From: Marsupella aquatica
Taxonomy: Eukaryota > Plantae > Marchantiophyta
NCBI GenBank assembly: GCA_973895155.1
Contig: OZ316893.1
Coordinates: forward strand, 3,578,490 to 3,642,489
Length of the DNA: 64,000 bases
Reading direction: 5' to 3'
Shown here: one piece after another, positions 13,404 to 25,035 of the stretch
How the letters are laid out: each line of letters begins with the position of its first letter
Numbering within the stretch: the stretch's first letter is position 1
Notes under the pieces: generated by a model
Databases searched by the model: none
What the model was told of the DNA's origin: nothing
Seen by the model: only the letters and a program-made list of their open reading frames with translations
Made by a program: the position numbers and the translations under genes

Positions 13404-14194
13404 TGGTATCATGTCACCCGGTTCGGCGTTTAGAGATTCACAGATTGCTATATGGTGAACACCTTCTACCTTATTTTGTCTTATTAGAAATATGAGTTCT
13501 GAATTTTCTTTTAAATCTGGCCTAGTGTATCATTTCACTTTGTATTGGTTTGAATTTAACAAATTATCTAACCCCTTTAATTATTTCAAGTTTATGATTT
13601 TCATTTGATTTGATATGTTTTATTGTGATAGCTTATCATGTATTTGATGAGATTCTTTTTCTGCCATTCATTCTCTATTACACCAGATGGTCAGACTCAC
13701 CAGGATGCACCCAGTACAAACACCAGAGATGCCCTGTAGGTTATATTAGGTTATATGTCCATTAGTGAAAAACTTTCCAAACCTTATGGTTTAGAGGTTA
13801 ATAGGTGTCACCTAAATAGTGAATCTTTCAATAGGGCCTAAAAGTAGAGTACAAAGCTAGAGTATAAAGCTAACATACTTCTCTGTCAAACACAAAATAC
13901 TATAAGGACCTCTAGGGTACATCTTACAAGTTATGTACTGTTTTTCACGTAAAAAGTGTGCATTTTTATTTTATTTATTTGATTCACTGTTTTAATGCAT
14001 TTGAATACTATGTTATAATTGCTATTTGATAAACTATTTAAATTAATTGGTAATTTACAAAGGATATAATTGACATTATTGTCAATAAGTTAAAATAGCT
14101 GTGTCTTAGAACGAACATGCTATATAGAAAATTGTGAATATATATATCACATTGCCCAAGGGCAGAAAACGCCGAACCGGGTGACATGATACCA
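13404..14194. mobile_element. MITE-like element, 791 bp, with perfect 28-bp TIRs, in an intron of the AAMP pseudogene
   Basis: tggtatcatgtcacccggttcggcgttt (13404-13431) is the exact reverse complement of aaacgccgaaccgggtgacatgatacca (14167-14194). Interior is AT-rich and non-coding. No clear TSD. Confidence 0.8.
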
Positions 14195-14647
14195 AAAGCA
14201 AAGCAAAGGAAAAGAGGGGAAAGGGCCTTCCGAAGTGAAGTCTTCAGATGAATTTTCCAAATGTGCAGCCTTGACAGCCGTCTTGTTCCTTGTGCTATAA
14301 CTAAGCTCGGAACTGCAGTTGAGTTGTGCTTTGACTTTGGTGCATAACTCGAGTAGTATGTACATGGTCTGTAATTTATAAGTCGATGAACCCACATGCT
14401 CTTTCATATGTCCTCGGTGGGTGAACTGGCACCTCGGAGGACATTTGATATTCGCTTGGTTGTAGAACGCAAACAGTGGAGCATGTTTGAAAGTCTTCTC
14501 TGAACAAGTTGTGGAGATATCACTCCTGAAAGTTGGTTATAAAAGATTTATACTGTCCCATTGGTGTGACTCGTTTAGCTCTTGTCATATACATGGCATC
14601 TGCTCATTTGTGTTTTCTCAGGAACATTATACTAGCGACCTTTAGTT

Positions 14648-15072
14648 TGATCAATTCAGCAGCAAGCACAAAACCTCAGGCCTGGACACAATCATCTGCA
14701 AGTATAATTGGTGACCTCCTTTACATGAGTTCTTACCATGTATGAGGTAAAATACAACGGGGTCTCAGATTGTCAGACCATACGAGGTGGTTTAAAATGT
14801 AATACCAGTAGCGTTTAGTTCGATCAATGAAGCACCAATCATGGTACCACTGGTATGATTTAGAATTTCTGGTATCGGTAGGGATTGTCTGGTCACAACT
14901 GTGTGCAAGTATAATGAGTGACCTTTGTATGAGTGATTTTACAATATTATTCAAGTAGCCTTTGGTTTGATCAATTAATCAGCACTGGTGTGGTACCATT
15001 GGTTTTGCTTAAAATTTCTGGTAGGGTACGAACAGCCTGGTCACAAGCGTCCGCGAGTATGATGAGTGACCA
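14648..15072. repeat. Three degenerate direct repeats (~150-170 bp spacing) in an AAMP pseudogene intron
   Basis: gatcaat...ctgg(t/a)cacaa...(g/c)(c/g)aagtat(a/g)at...gtgacc recurs at ~14648, ~14820 and ~14968. Confidence 0.65.
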
Positions 15073-18000
15073 GACCATCCGTACCGTTCACAAGGTGTGA
15101 TATGTTTGGCAATTCATGCAGAGTCGTCATTTTCCACCGCAGGTTCTGAAGATACAAATGCTTGTGGTGTGAATACGGGAGGCGAAGACTATTGCCTTAG
15201 TCTGAGATATCTCTTGTACTATCTTTGGTATACTAGCCCTCACTGATGAACTGCCTCTTATAGAGGTGCAGAGTTGTGCACCAGCTTAGATTTTGTTGAG
15301 AGTGATGGGGAAACCAATAAGTGAGATTGGAATATATGTTGGCTTTTCAATAGTTCTTTCGCTTTTGATAAGTACAGCTACATGGGACTCTGCTCTTTGC
15401 CAATTGCTATGGTTCACTCATTGGATGTTCGAGGTTCGTAGACATTTGGACTATACTGGGATTTACTGCAAATGCCTGGTTCAATGGCTGGTCATACAAA
15501 GTCTGTGGGGTGTGTATTGTGGTTTGTGTAAGTTCAATATGCATAAGCCCTGGACTCTCCTTTTTGGGGCTTGTAGCATGGTTATCTGAAGACAGGGTTT
15601 TCAGAGTTTTATCCACCGTGAATGCGACATTTTATCTTCTATGCAGAATTTTCTTCAATTGTGCCATCATATTCAGCGGTTCGGGTCGCCCATCCTTTGT
15701 TCATTGATTCGATCTTCGTACTGACCTTGAGTATTTAGATCTTGCATTGACAGTACCATGGAAGGTTGCTGCACGCTTCGAGGAAGTGATTCAATAGTCT
15801 ATTCTTCTAATTGGCTTCTTTATGCATGTAGCATTTCTCGCATGTTTTTATTTGTTGTTGTTGGTCACCCACTGTTAAATCACCTCGGTCAGCCAATTCC
15901 TGTTCTTTGATTGTCCTTGTCGTCTGATCCTAGTTCAGTTTATAACTTGTTGCTATCCTGCAGGCTTCCTTCGATAGTAACTGGGGGATTGGATGGAACC
16001 ATTGTTATCTGGGAAACGGCGCAGCACTTGCTGGCATAAGGTGATTGGCATTATTGACTTAGTTTTAGTATTTGTTTCTGCGGACGACTATTTCTGTCGA
16101 GTAAAATTCCTGTGTATTGGTCCTTGTTGATTGAAATTTTGTAGGTTTTCCAATTGGGTGATGATCGACAAGGCTTTAATAATTATGTACCTCGCGTTTC
16201 CACTGCGCACCACATGAAATGACTGTCGACGCCAGATCGGAACCCACAGTTATTTTACTAGTCTACAAGGTCTAGTCTTCCATGAAATGCCTGAGAATTT
16301 TATTTCGTGACAAGTTATCATCTTGGATTCCGGACTCGAAATTCAACTGCTCTCTGGTCGAAAAACTGGTGATCCATCTCAGCATCAATCTTGGGACACA
16401 ATTTCCCGACGCGTCGGGTTATTCATTATTCCTAGCGATCTTTGCCAAACGTTCAAAACTCCAAAATCCTGAATCGTCTAATAATGTTCGAAATTCATTT
16501 GTTTGTTGGCAAGAGAAGCTTCGCAACTCCAGTGAGAGTTCTGCAGGCTCAACGCATATCTTCCGGTAGCAAGATGCAGAACAGAAGGACCAATTTTGGG
16601 CCATGATCAAGCGGATATATCAATCGGTGCAGAGAGTGTACCATACTCCGCTTGTGCGCACCCTTCGAACGGCCTCCTTGTAGACCACATCATTTGATGA
16701 GTATAACCAGCACCGGCTATTTCCATTGATTTCAAGGCACTATGAGTCTGAGACGCGCAAGATCTCGTCTACTGTGGTAAAGTAACTTTGGTGTTGCTTG
16801 ACTCGTTGAGAGCTATGCCAGTATGCCACGGTCCAGAAGCATCTCTGGAAGCATAGTTCCCAAGGACCGGAAGGTCGAGGCAATAGACAACCACTCGAAC
16901 TTGGTTGTGGTCGAGTAACCCTCGTGTTACTTGATCCGTTGGGAGCTATGCCATGGTCCAGAATCATCCCTGGGAGCATAGTTTCCACATAACACAATGT
17001 CGAGACAATTGACAACCAATTGGGACTTGGTTTGACAGTTTCGCAGGTTTTGGCTCAAATTCTGCGTAAAACCACGTTTCATTTGACTCGTTTCGATGCC
17101 CCGTTCGATGCACGGCAACAGTCAAGTCCCCAATTTTGATAGTCAAACCACCAGGTCCCGCATGGCTCTTCCTTCGCAAGTACCAAGAGGCCTACGGTCC
17201 ACTTTGAAACTGTCGAAATTAAGCGAAGGTGCTCGCAACCTTCTGTTGCGAATGGCTGCATTCTGACCCAGTATTTCCACAGGCAGTAATCTGGTTGCTC
17301 TACAACAGGGTGCAGGGGGACAGCGACACTTTATCAGTTTTGGAAAAAGATTATGTCATCGACAGGTTGTGACGATAAAACGGACCACTTTTCCCAGACG
17401 CGCGTAACGTACAGCCTGGCACGGGAATTCTCTGCACACGATATTCATTGAAAATAAAGAAGGGATGCGACATGCTAGAGATTCGGTTGTGGACTGACTC
17501 ATCGGTGCTGGAGCTACTGCAGATCAAGCGGGCGATGACAATCTGATTGCCCTTTACGTCAAGGAAAATCTCGCAAAATGGGCAGCTGGAAAGATTGGCT
17601 CTCATTATACGTTCTGAAGAAGCTTTGGCACATCGTCTTGCAACAGCACGCCTCGTGACTGACCAATGGACAGACAATCATCGAGCAGAAACAACAGACT
17701 TCATAATGAACACAAATCTTCATTATTTGATGGTTTGGTAGCTTTCGGCTATTAATAGATATTCCATCCCACTGTCACTGTCAGTTAAAATTATGACAGA
17801 ATACCCAACATTTGAAGGCATCTAGAAAGAATGCTTTGCTGGATGATCATTCTGATGAATCTAACTAATTACTGAAAATCACTCGGGACCAACTAAGGCC
17901 TTACCGTGAAGCCTCCAGACAAAATATGATTTTGGAGTTGGGAGTATTGGGATGGCGCTGTTTTTCAATTTTTGTTTGGGGGTGGGGGAAGGGGAAGGCG

Positions 18001-18664
18001 AAGGGAACCCTATCTGACATACCAGCAAAGCAACTGCTAGAGATATATGGCTGTGTTATTTATCACATTGAAATGGGGCACCATAGTTGGCGCAAAGCAT
18101 GGGCATCAGAACTCGTTTGCCTAATTCTTGACGGGCGAAAAGCAGAGGTACTACTGCTTGATTGTGCAGGTTTCTCGAACCAGAATCGAATGCCAGCTGG
18201 AACTGTTGGAACACGTGAAAGACAGTGGTATTGTACTAGCGTCCTGAGAAGGACCATACTTTAGAAGTGAGTACCTCAGGACTGCAAGAAGGATGCTTTC
18301 TCATGGAGGCAAATCAAAACTAGACTGTGATCCTCCAGGTTTGTGAAACCTTTTTGGCGTTGATTTTTCAAACAGTGCTTTAGTGGCTTATTAGAAAATG
18401 TGCCAAGATCTAAAGTTCACTTTCAATGCAGTTCCCAACATCTAGATAATAGTCTACATTAATGTAAAATTTACAGGGAACACTTGAGTAGCCGGTGGTT
18501 TGACAAGTGCTCAGATAACTGGACTATCAAAATTGCATTGACTGTTTTACTTAGATTACATCTTGCCATTTATCAGGGTCTTCATGCAAATGAGACTCCT
18601 AATCAATGACTGACCACTGACTGGAGCTGTGATACCTTGGGGAAATGGGTTGCACGACCGAGAT

Positions 18665-19262
18665 GGTACAAAACCAGCTTTACATTTTTCTGCTTACTCC
18701 AAGAAACTAAGGGAGTTGGTACAAAACCAGCTTTACATTTTTCTGCTTACTCCAAGAAACTAAGGGAGTCATAGGCTCGGATGAGATCTCTATCCAAAAC
18801 CTGTGAGCTCAGATAAGATTTCAAAATCTTCTTTGTATGAAGTGACAGTGTTCATACACTAAATCTACGTCATCCTGCAGGTTACACCGTAAATCAACTT
18901 CCTACTCCAAAGGATCCAGGATGACATATATTAGAGAGTATATGAGTCATAAGCTCGGATGGGATCTCCAAACGATAGGCTTCCAAAATCTTCTTTTGTA
19001 TGGAAAGAAACGTTTTTACAGTAAATCTATGTCCTACTCCAAGAAAGTGAGTAATAACCTCCGATGAGATCTCTACACAAACCGTGAGCTCAGATAGAAC
19101 TTCAAAATCTGCTTTGTGTGAAACGAAATGGTTTTTTACACTAAATCTATGAATGTCATCTTGGTTAGACTTTAGATCCTATGGAAGCTTAGGTATCCAA
19201 GATTTGAAATGGAATCCGACCTGACCTTTGAAATGAAGGCCTCCCGAGCCATAAGCTCGAAT
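18665..19262. repeat. Compound degenerate tandem repeat downstream of the GDSL gene
   Basis: A perfect ~53-bp duplication (ggtacaaaaccagctttacatttttctgcttactccaagaaactaagggagt x2) is followed by 3-4 diverged units sharing gagtcataagctcggatgagatctc...ttcaaaatcttctttgtatg...taaatcta. Confidence 0.75.
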
Positions 19263-19910
19263 GTGGTCTCATTTGAAACATTTAAAATCGTGGGTGGGAT
19301 TTTACTTGTTACTCTGTCCCAACAGACTGGATGGAAAACTGGTAATCAAGGCTCAACTTCTCCATTATTTTAAAGGGCATTCTGGATCAAAGTGAGAACT
19401 TACCCCTAAGATGTGGATTTGTTAAGATTCGTCCTGAAAGACTTAGATGAAATTAAATCTGTGAAAGTTTGCAAAATCTCATTGGTTTCCTCACAACTAA
19501 TTTCATTCAAACGTGTGAACGTTTATTAAGATCATCAATCAATGAAATTTGGTGATGGCTACATATGTTCGCCTTCTGTCAGTGAATATTTCGGTCAAAA
19601 CAGTACCCCTGCTCATCAGACCCAACTTGATTAGTCAAGCCTTCTCAAGGCCTTTTTCCAGGGATAAACAGTCACACGCTGCAATATATATCACACAGTA
19701 CTTTGTCCATTCATAAAATAATGCAGTGACATGAATTGCTTCTGGATGGATAAGGGAGAGTCATTAACCAAAAGACTCGATCCTCTTACAAGCTTCATCG
19801 TCTTGACATCACCAGCTTCTTTGACGCAAAGACATTACGACTCTCAGGTTGGCCTCCTTCTTACAGATGTGAATCCAGGCACTAAGTCAAGAAAAACTGC
19901 ACTAAGCTGC

Positions 19911-22900
19911 TCAGAAGGGACTCAGGCCACAGCCGTAGGCTAGCTTGGAAAATTGGGGCGTAAAGTATTTGGCAGAGAAAATTTGGTTGGCAATGTACTT
20001 GTTTGCAGCGTCCGTGTTGTGTACTCCATCCCAGACTGTATATTGAGAAGGGTTGGAGCAAGTTTGTGCAACGAGGTAAACGCCGTTGACTGTTCCAGAA
20101 CTTCCACAGTTCACCTGGGTGTTGTAGTTGTATGCCGAGGGCACACCACAACAAGCGTGGGTTGCGGAAATGAATCCTGCAATACACAAAACCTTGTCTT
20201 CAAAAATATTCAGCGCGGTTTTCATCAAACTCAGCCATAATCATGAATATATCCTTCTCATTTCGTTTCAGCCGATACTTTGTGACAACCTGTTGCTTTC
20301 GCGAGTTCTCTCGGACAGGTGGGGCATTATTTTGCATCCTCATCTGACTCTAACTTTTGTGATTTGTACATTCACGTTTTAATTACTTCTGACTCGTCAC
20401 TACAACTTGTGATCCTGAAAGGCAGTTGTCTCAACGAAGGACTTCTACATGCCTGATCGTGATCATCGAGGAAAGGGACCTGGACATATTTGCCCAATGT
20501 ACGAAGTAGCATTAAGATGATCATCCATCGGTAATTACTTTGAGCTAACCCTGCTAACTAAACAGAAGTGTACATTGAACACTAATAGTCCCAAACATCA
20601 CGCACATGACTGGTTAATTATTTTCCCGCTGTGATTGCTGACGACTAACACGAAATTGTCGAACTTAAAATCACACTTCCACAGAGAATGATACAAAAGA
20701 GATATGCTGGAGGTGAGGGTAATCAAGATGAAGTCAGTTCGGAGATCAGCTCATGGAAGAAATTAATTTAATTGGAGCTGAGTGGATTACCGTTTTGGGA
20801 AAGGTTCGTCATGAGATTATACTTGAGGTCGTAAACACCGAGATAAATCACATCAGCTCCAGAGAGGCTGCCTTGAAGATTGGACAGAGCGGACTTGAGC
20901 AGTCCGTTAAAGTAGGTAGCAGCGTTGTTGTATGCATAGAGGCATCCGTTGGAATCCAAATCGGAAGGAGAATGTGGAATCAACGTCAGCATGTAGGGTA
21001 GACATCCTTGTGGTTCTATGTCCCACACAAGGAAGTGTCTAGCTCCATTATTATATAGAGTCTGGGCAGCACAGATCGAGCGTCAATCATCTAAATTAGA
21101 TATCAGAGCAAGAAGGTGCGACGGAATTCCTAACAACTATAAATGGAAATGAAAGTTAATGTCCTTCATGAAATAACATTTATTGCCCCAGACAAGGACC
21201 AGTGGTGAAATAGAAATGACACTCGCTCGTACTGTAGCACAATTAGCCTCAAATTGCTTTGGACTCGACCTAGCTTGACTACAATCCGAAGCCAAGATGG
21301 CCAGGACTGAGCCACTTGTCTATAGCCTCGGACTCTGAACCAGATACCTGAATGGCACTAGTAATTCCGTTGACCACAAGAGGAAGGTAGGACTCCACTT
21401 GACTTGGGCCCATTCCCAGTCTAGTATATCCGTAAGTAAAATCGTTCCCACCTATCGCAATGGTGTAGAGAGCATCACTGAAGATGCTCATGGATGATGG
21501 AAGCCTGTTTGTCCCTGTTCAGGCAATGATGAAAACTCTAACATCAAATTAAAATGAAATTATGGTACTCAGGAACAGGTATGGGAAACCAAGCCCCCGT
21601 CAAAGATGAAAGCTGTTAAAGGAAAGCTAATTAAATCAAACAATTATTTCTCAGTAAGATAACACAAGTCACAGAAGACAGCCCACAAATTCCACATTGG
21701 AATCTACAAGCAACGCATGTCCAAGCAATTCCCAGTTTATGCATGTGCGACAAGTACGGAGGCAGGCTTGAGTCAAATACCTGCACCAGCTTTGAGCACG
21801 GACTGGATATTGTTGTGGAACTCCTGGAACTGCTTCACTTGGTATGTAAGTGTGAAAGGGCTGAGGAAAGTCACATCGCGCACTGTGGCTCCAGCGGTGG
21901 CGAAGTTGGCACCTTGCTGGAAATTGGAGGTCACAGATTGAAGGTAAGGATCGATGAAGTTGAGACCCAACGCAGTAGCTGCATCCAAACAAGCGAAAAC
22001 CAACACAAAAACGCGTCACGTACTAAGATGGCTTAAGCTCTGTGCAGCACTATCAGAAAACCCTGCAAGGCGTATGACATGCTTTCCATTTACAATTAGA
22101 GAAACCCCAAAGAATTGCATGCAGAGTTGAGACCACAGAGTACAGAGTGGATCAATGTGCATCGGTAACTTCGCGCAGTCGTTTGCTGATACAGACAATT
22201 TGTCGAAATGACTAATAATCTACTCTTTAGCACACCTAGCAAAAACAAAGTCATCATTTTTGATCCTATCAGTACGGTAATTTACATGCGCCGCTTATTC
22301 TCTCAGCAATTGTTCCTAAGTTCCTTGCTCTCAAATATCTATAAAACAGATCGATTTTCAAACCGTCCTGTTTTCTCTCCTCTTCGGTAGAAGGCTATCA
22401 CAACCGTCAACAATCACTGTGTATGTCTGTGGGCTATGGTTCGACTCTAGCGAAGGCAATGGGAATGAAACCACCTGGCACGAGCAATTACCGATCCATC
22501 TTCTCTCGATGCCTTGGTTTCAACCGGGCCAAAATTTGAAAAGTAAAATTCATTGGGTGCGACACAACTCTCCCAATGGAAATCAGTTATTCTGACGAAT
22601 TGATCGAACTGGCCTTTCGGGGACAGCCCCACGTACATGCCAAAGGCTACGGTAGCGAACTGCATAAAACTGCAAAGCTTGTGGGGCGGCAGAGGCTGGA
22701 CCACAAGGTGTCGGTCCGTACTCTAGTTTCAGAATGAAGCCTCTCTCCTTCACTGAACCAACTCGTACTGACGCTGACTGACATTGATCATGCCCCAGAT
22801 CATGGATATAGGGGGTGAATCGAGTACTCTGTCTCAGCTCACCTAGCTAGAGTACGTTACAAGGTACTGTAAATCGTATAGCTAGTAGCGACACGTCAAG

Positions 22901-24704
22901 CCTTCCCTCATATTGAGGAGACTGAAAGCCAATAATTTCGTTGCCCACGGGAGGTAAGTACCGAATTTGACGCATTCGGATATTCTGTCCGCACAGCATT
23001 CCAGTGTCCGGGATCCAAATAGTTAAGTCATTAATTGTACGTGCGCGTTGTCATACCGTTGTTCTCGTCTGTTCTCAAGGAAACCAATGTTACAAGTAGG
23101 CAATAGTTGTCACAATTTCAGGAGCGTTGTACGTTACTTGCACCTGACAGATTACCTGGTGCATCCACTATACGTAGTAGTTACTGACACTCTCCACTCC
23201 AGGGATGAGAATATATTGAGGCGGCTGTCTGCGATTGATTCAATAATCGCGCATGATTTTGAGATCACCAATATCAAGACTGCTGGCTTAGTCTCATGAA
23301 AGTACCATTGCTGTCGCAGGACAAGACTCCCCTGATTGAAACCAAGTAAGGCTGCCGCGCGTGGAAGGTCTCATGATGTGGGAATAGATGAGTAAGTGAA
23401 TTAGATATCTGTTGCCCAAATCAAAGGGCACAGTGACTAAGCGAAATCGCTAAGTCTGAGAACCCAGATCGTTCTTGGAAGTTGTTAGGGAATTAGTCCA
23501 GTGAGCATGAGAAAGGCGATCACGATAAAAAATTAACCCTTGTGCAGATTCATACACAATACAGATCAATCTTATGAGAACATCTCAAACTCCCTGCAGG
23601 CCAAAAAACGGACCGAACTGCGTTGCAGAAGTCTAATAATTGACAGTACCGACAGAAAGAGCTCCGTTCTAGACTCTAGAGCGAGGCACCGTTTTAGTTT
23701 ATGGTTTGCTTCGAGAGATATTGCTTCAAGTCCTGTTCACATGCGAAAGACTAAGATTTTAAGAAAGATGATTTGGCATTGGAGTTTTGAAAGAAGTAAG
23801 ACCAAATAATCAATGATGTGATGCCACCAGAGAAAACAGAAAAATAGCAAGCAAAATTGAGAAAGAATGCGAGGGGACCCAATCGAATCAGGGAGCAACA
23901 ATGGACACCGACAACCTAGAGTCCAGAAATGCAAAATGACGGATGAAAAGGAGAGCAACAAGAGGTGACTATTTAAGAATAGCTTTTTGCTCTAGCTCAA
24001 CCAAATGTCTAGGGAACTGGCACACCGATTTCCGATCTGAAAGAGATATAGGGATGTGCTGAAAGTTTGACTAAATTTTGATTGCTGAGCATGGAGACTA
24101 CAGCTCATAATACCTCGCTACCAATTCGTCTACCAATTGCCTATCAAAATATTGATAGAATCTCTCGCTTCAATCGAGTCCGAGAAGAGTCCAATTGACA
24201 GAGAATGAATCAACAAATTTTAAGGCCAAGGAGAGTGACATGGACCATGGGAGAGGGAGAAGGAATAGGACGGAATATGGCTGCTTCGGCACAAATCAAC
24301 AAAGTTCAATAGTTGAAGGATAAACTGCGTCAACTGCAGTACAAAATTCGCGACAATTAATAAAATCAAAAGTTGCAAATGTGAGAAAACCGAGTCATGT
24401 ATGTTTTCGATACACCGCACACACATCGACGTAAGAGAGAGAGAGGGACTGAATTGTAACCGATAAAGTCGATGAGCAGGCGACCGTCGCTGTAGCGCAC
24501 ATTAGCCTTCCCAAAGTAAGTTTCCCCGTAAGGCGCGTATTCAGCAGGAGTAGTAGTGGGGAAAGAAGCATGAATGCCCCCCGTGTCCGACGTCGAATCC
24601 CCAAAATTAAAAATCGCAGGGAAACACGATGACTGAACCATCGGGGCCAGCACCAGCATTCCCAACAGGGCACTCCCTAACACCGACTTCGACGTCGACC
24701 ACAT
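19911..24704 (-). CDS. Secreted GDSL esterase/lipase (SGNH hydrolase), 5 exons
   Basis: Exons ~24704-24461, 21978-21781, 21514-21348, 21061-20791 and 20176-19911, with GT-AG introns. Signal peptide, block I FGDSTSDTG, DGRL, GANFATAG, block III IGGND, block V WDGVH. Confidence 0.93.
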
Positions 24705-24789
24705 CTTGAGAACCTTTAAATATCCAATTTACGTTCCCTTCCTTCGTCTTCTCGAACAAAGTAGTCTGTAGTTCACACAACACTCTTCA

Positions 24790-25035
24790 CAAGCTCAGCC
24801 TGCTCGATCAGAATAGCGTGACCTCTTCGTAAGTTTGGCCTTTGCTCAATCAAACTAGTCTCAACTTGTTGCAATCCCAGCCTGCTCGGCAAAACACTGG
24901 GCTGAAGATTTGGACTCGATCTACGAGCTCAATGCGCTCGACCAAAATGGTGCCTGGGAACTCTTTGCAAGCTCAGTCTGCTCGATCGACGAGCTGATAT
25001 TCATTATATTGTTTGTAAGCTCACTCGATCAGCAC
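24790..25035. repeat. Array of ~7 degenerate AAGCTCAGYCTGCTCGATC-like motifs just upstream of the GDSL start
   Basis: Copies at ~24791, 24830, 24875, 24905, 24925, 24969 and 25016. Confidence 0.55.

Larger units (their letters stand above)
12490..16039 (+). pseudogene. AAMP: AAMP/SQT1-like WD40 ribosomal-protein chaperone pseudogene (intron-retaining)
   Basis: Ordered exon remnants match plant AAMP as recalled: ELPEHDDDD (~12515); QDDSNHTLSGHT|gt (to 13017); ACSPTNAGVVATGGGADVG...GSGTKPKKLK (13163-13279, frameshifts); WVNWHLGGHLIFA-WL*NANSGACLKVFS...CGDITPE (~14418-14530, stop plus deletion); DHPYRSQGVICLAIHAESSFSTAGSEDTNAC (~15073-15190); LPSIVTGGLDGTIVIWET (15965-16039). Confidence 0.85.
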
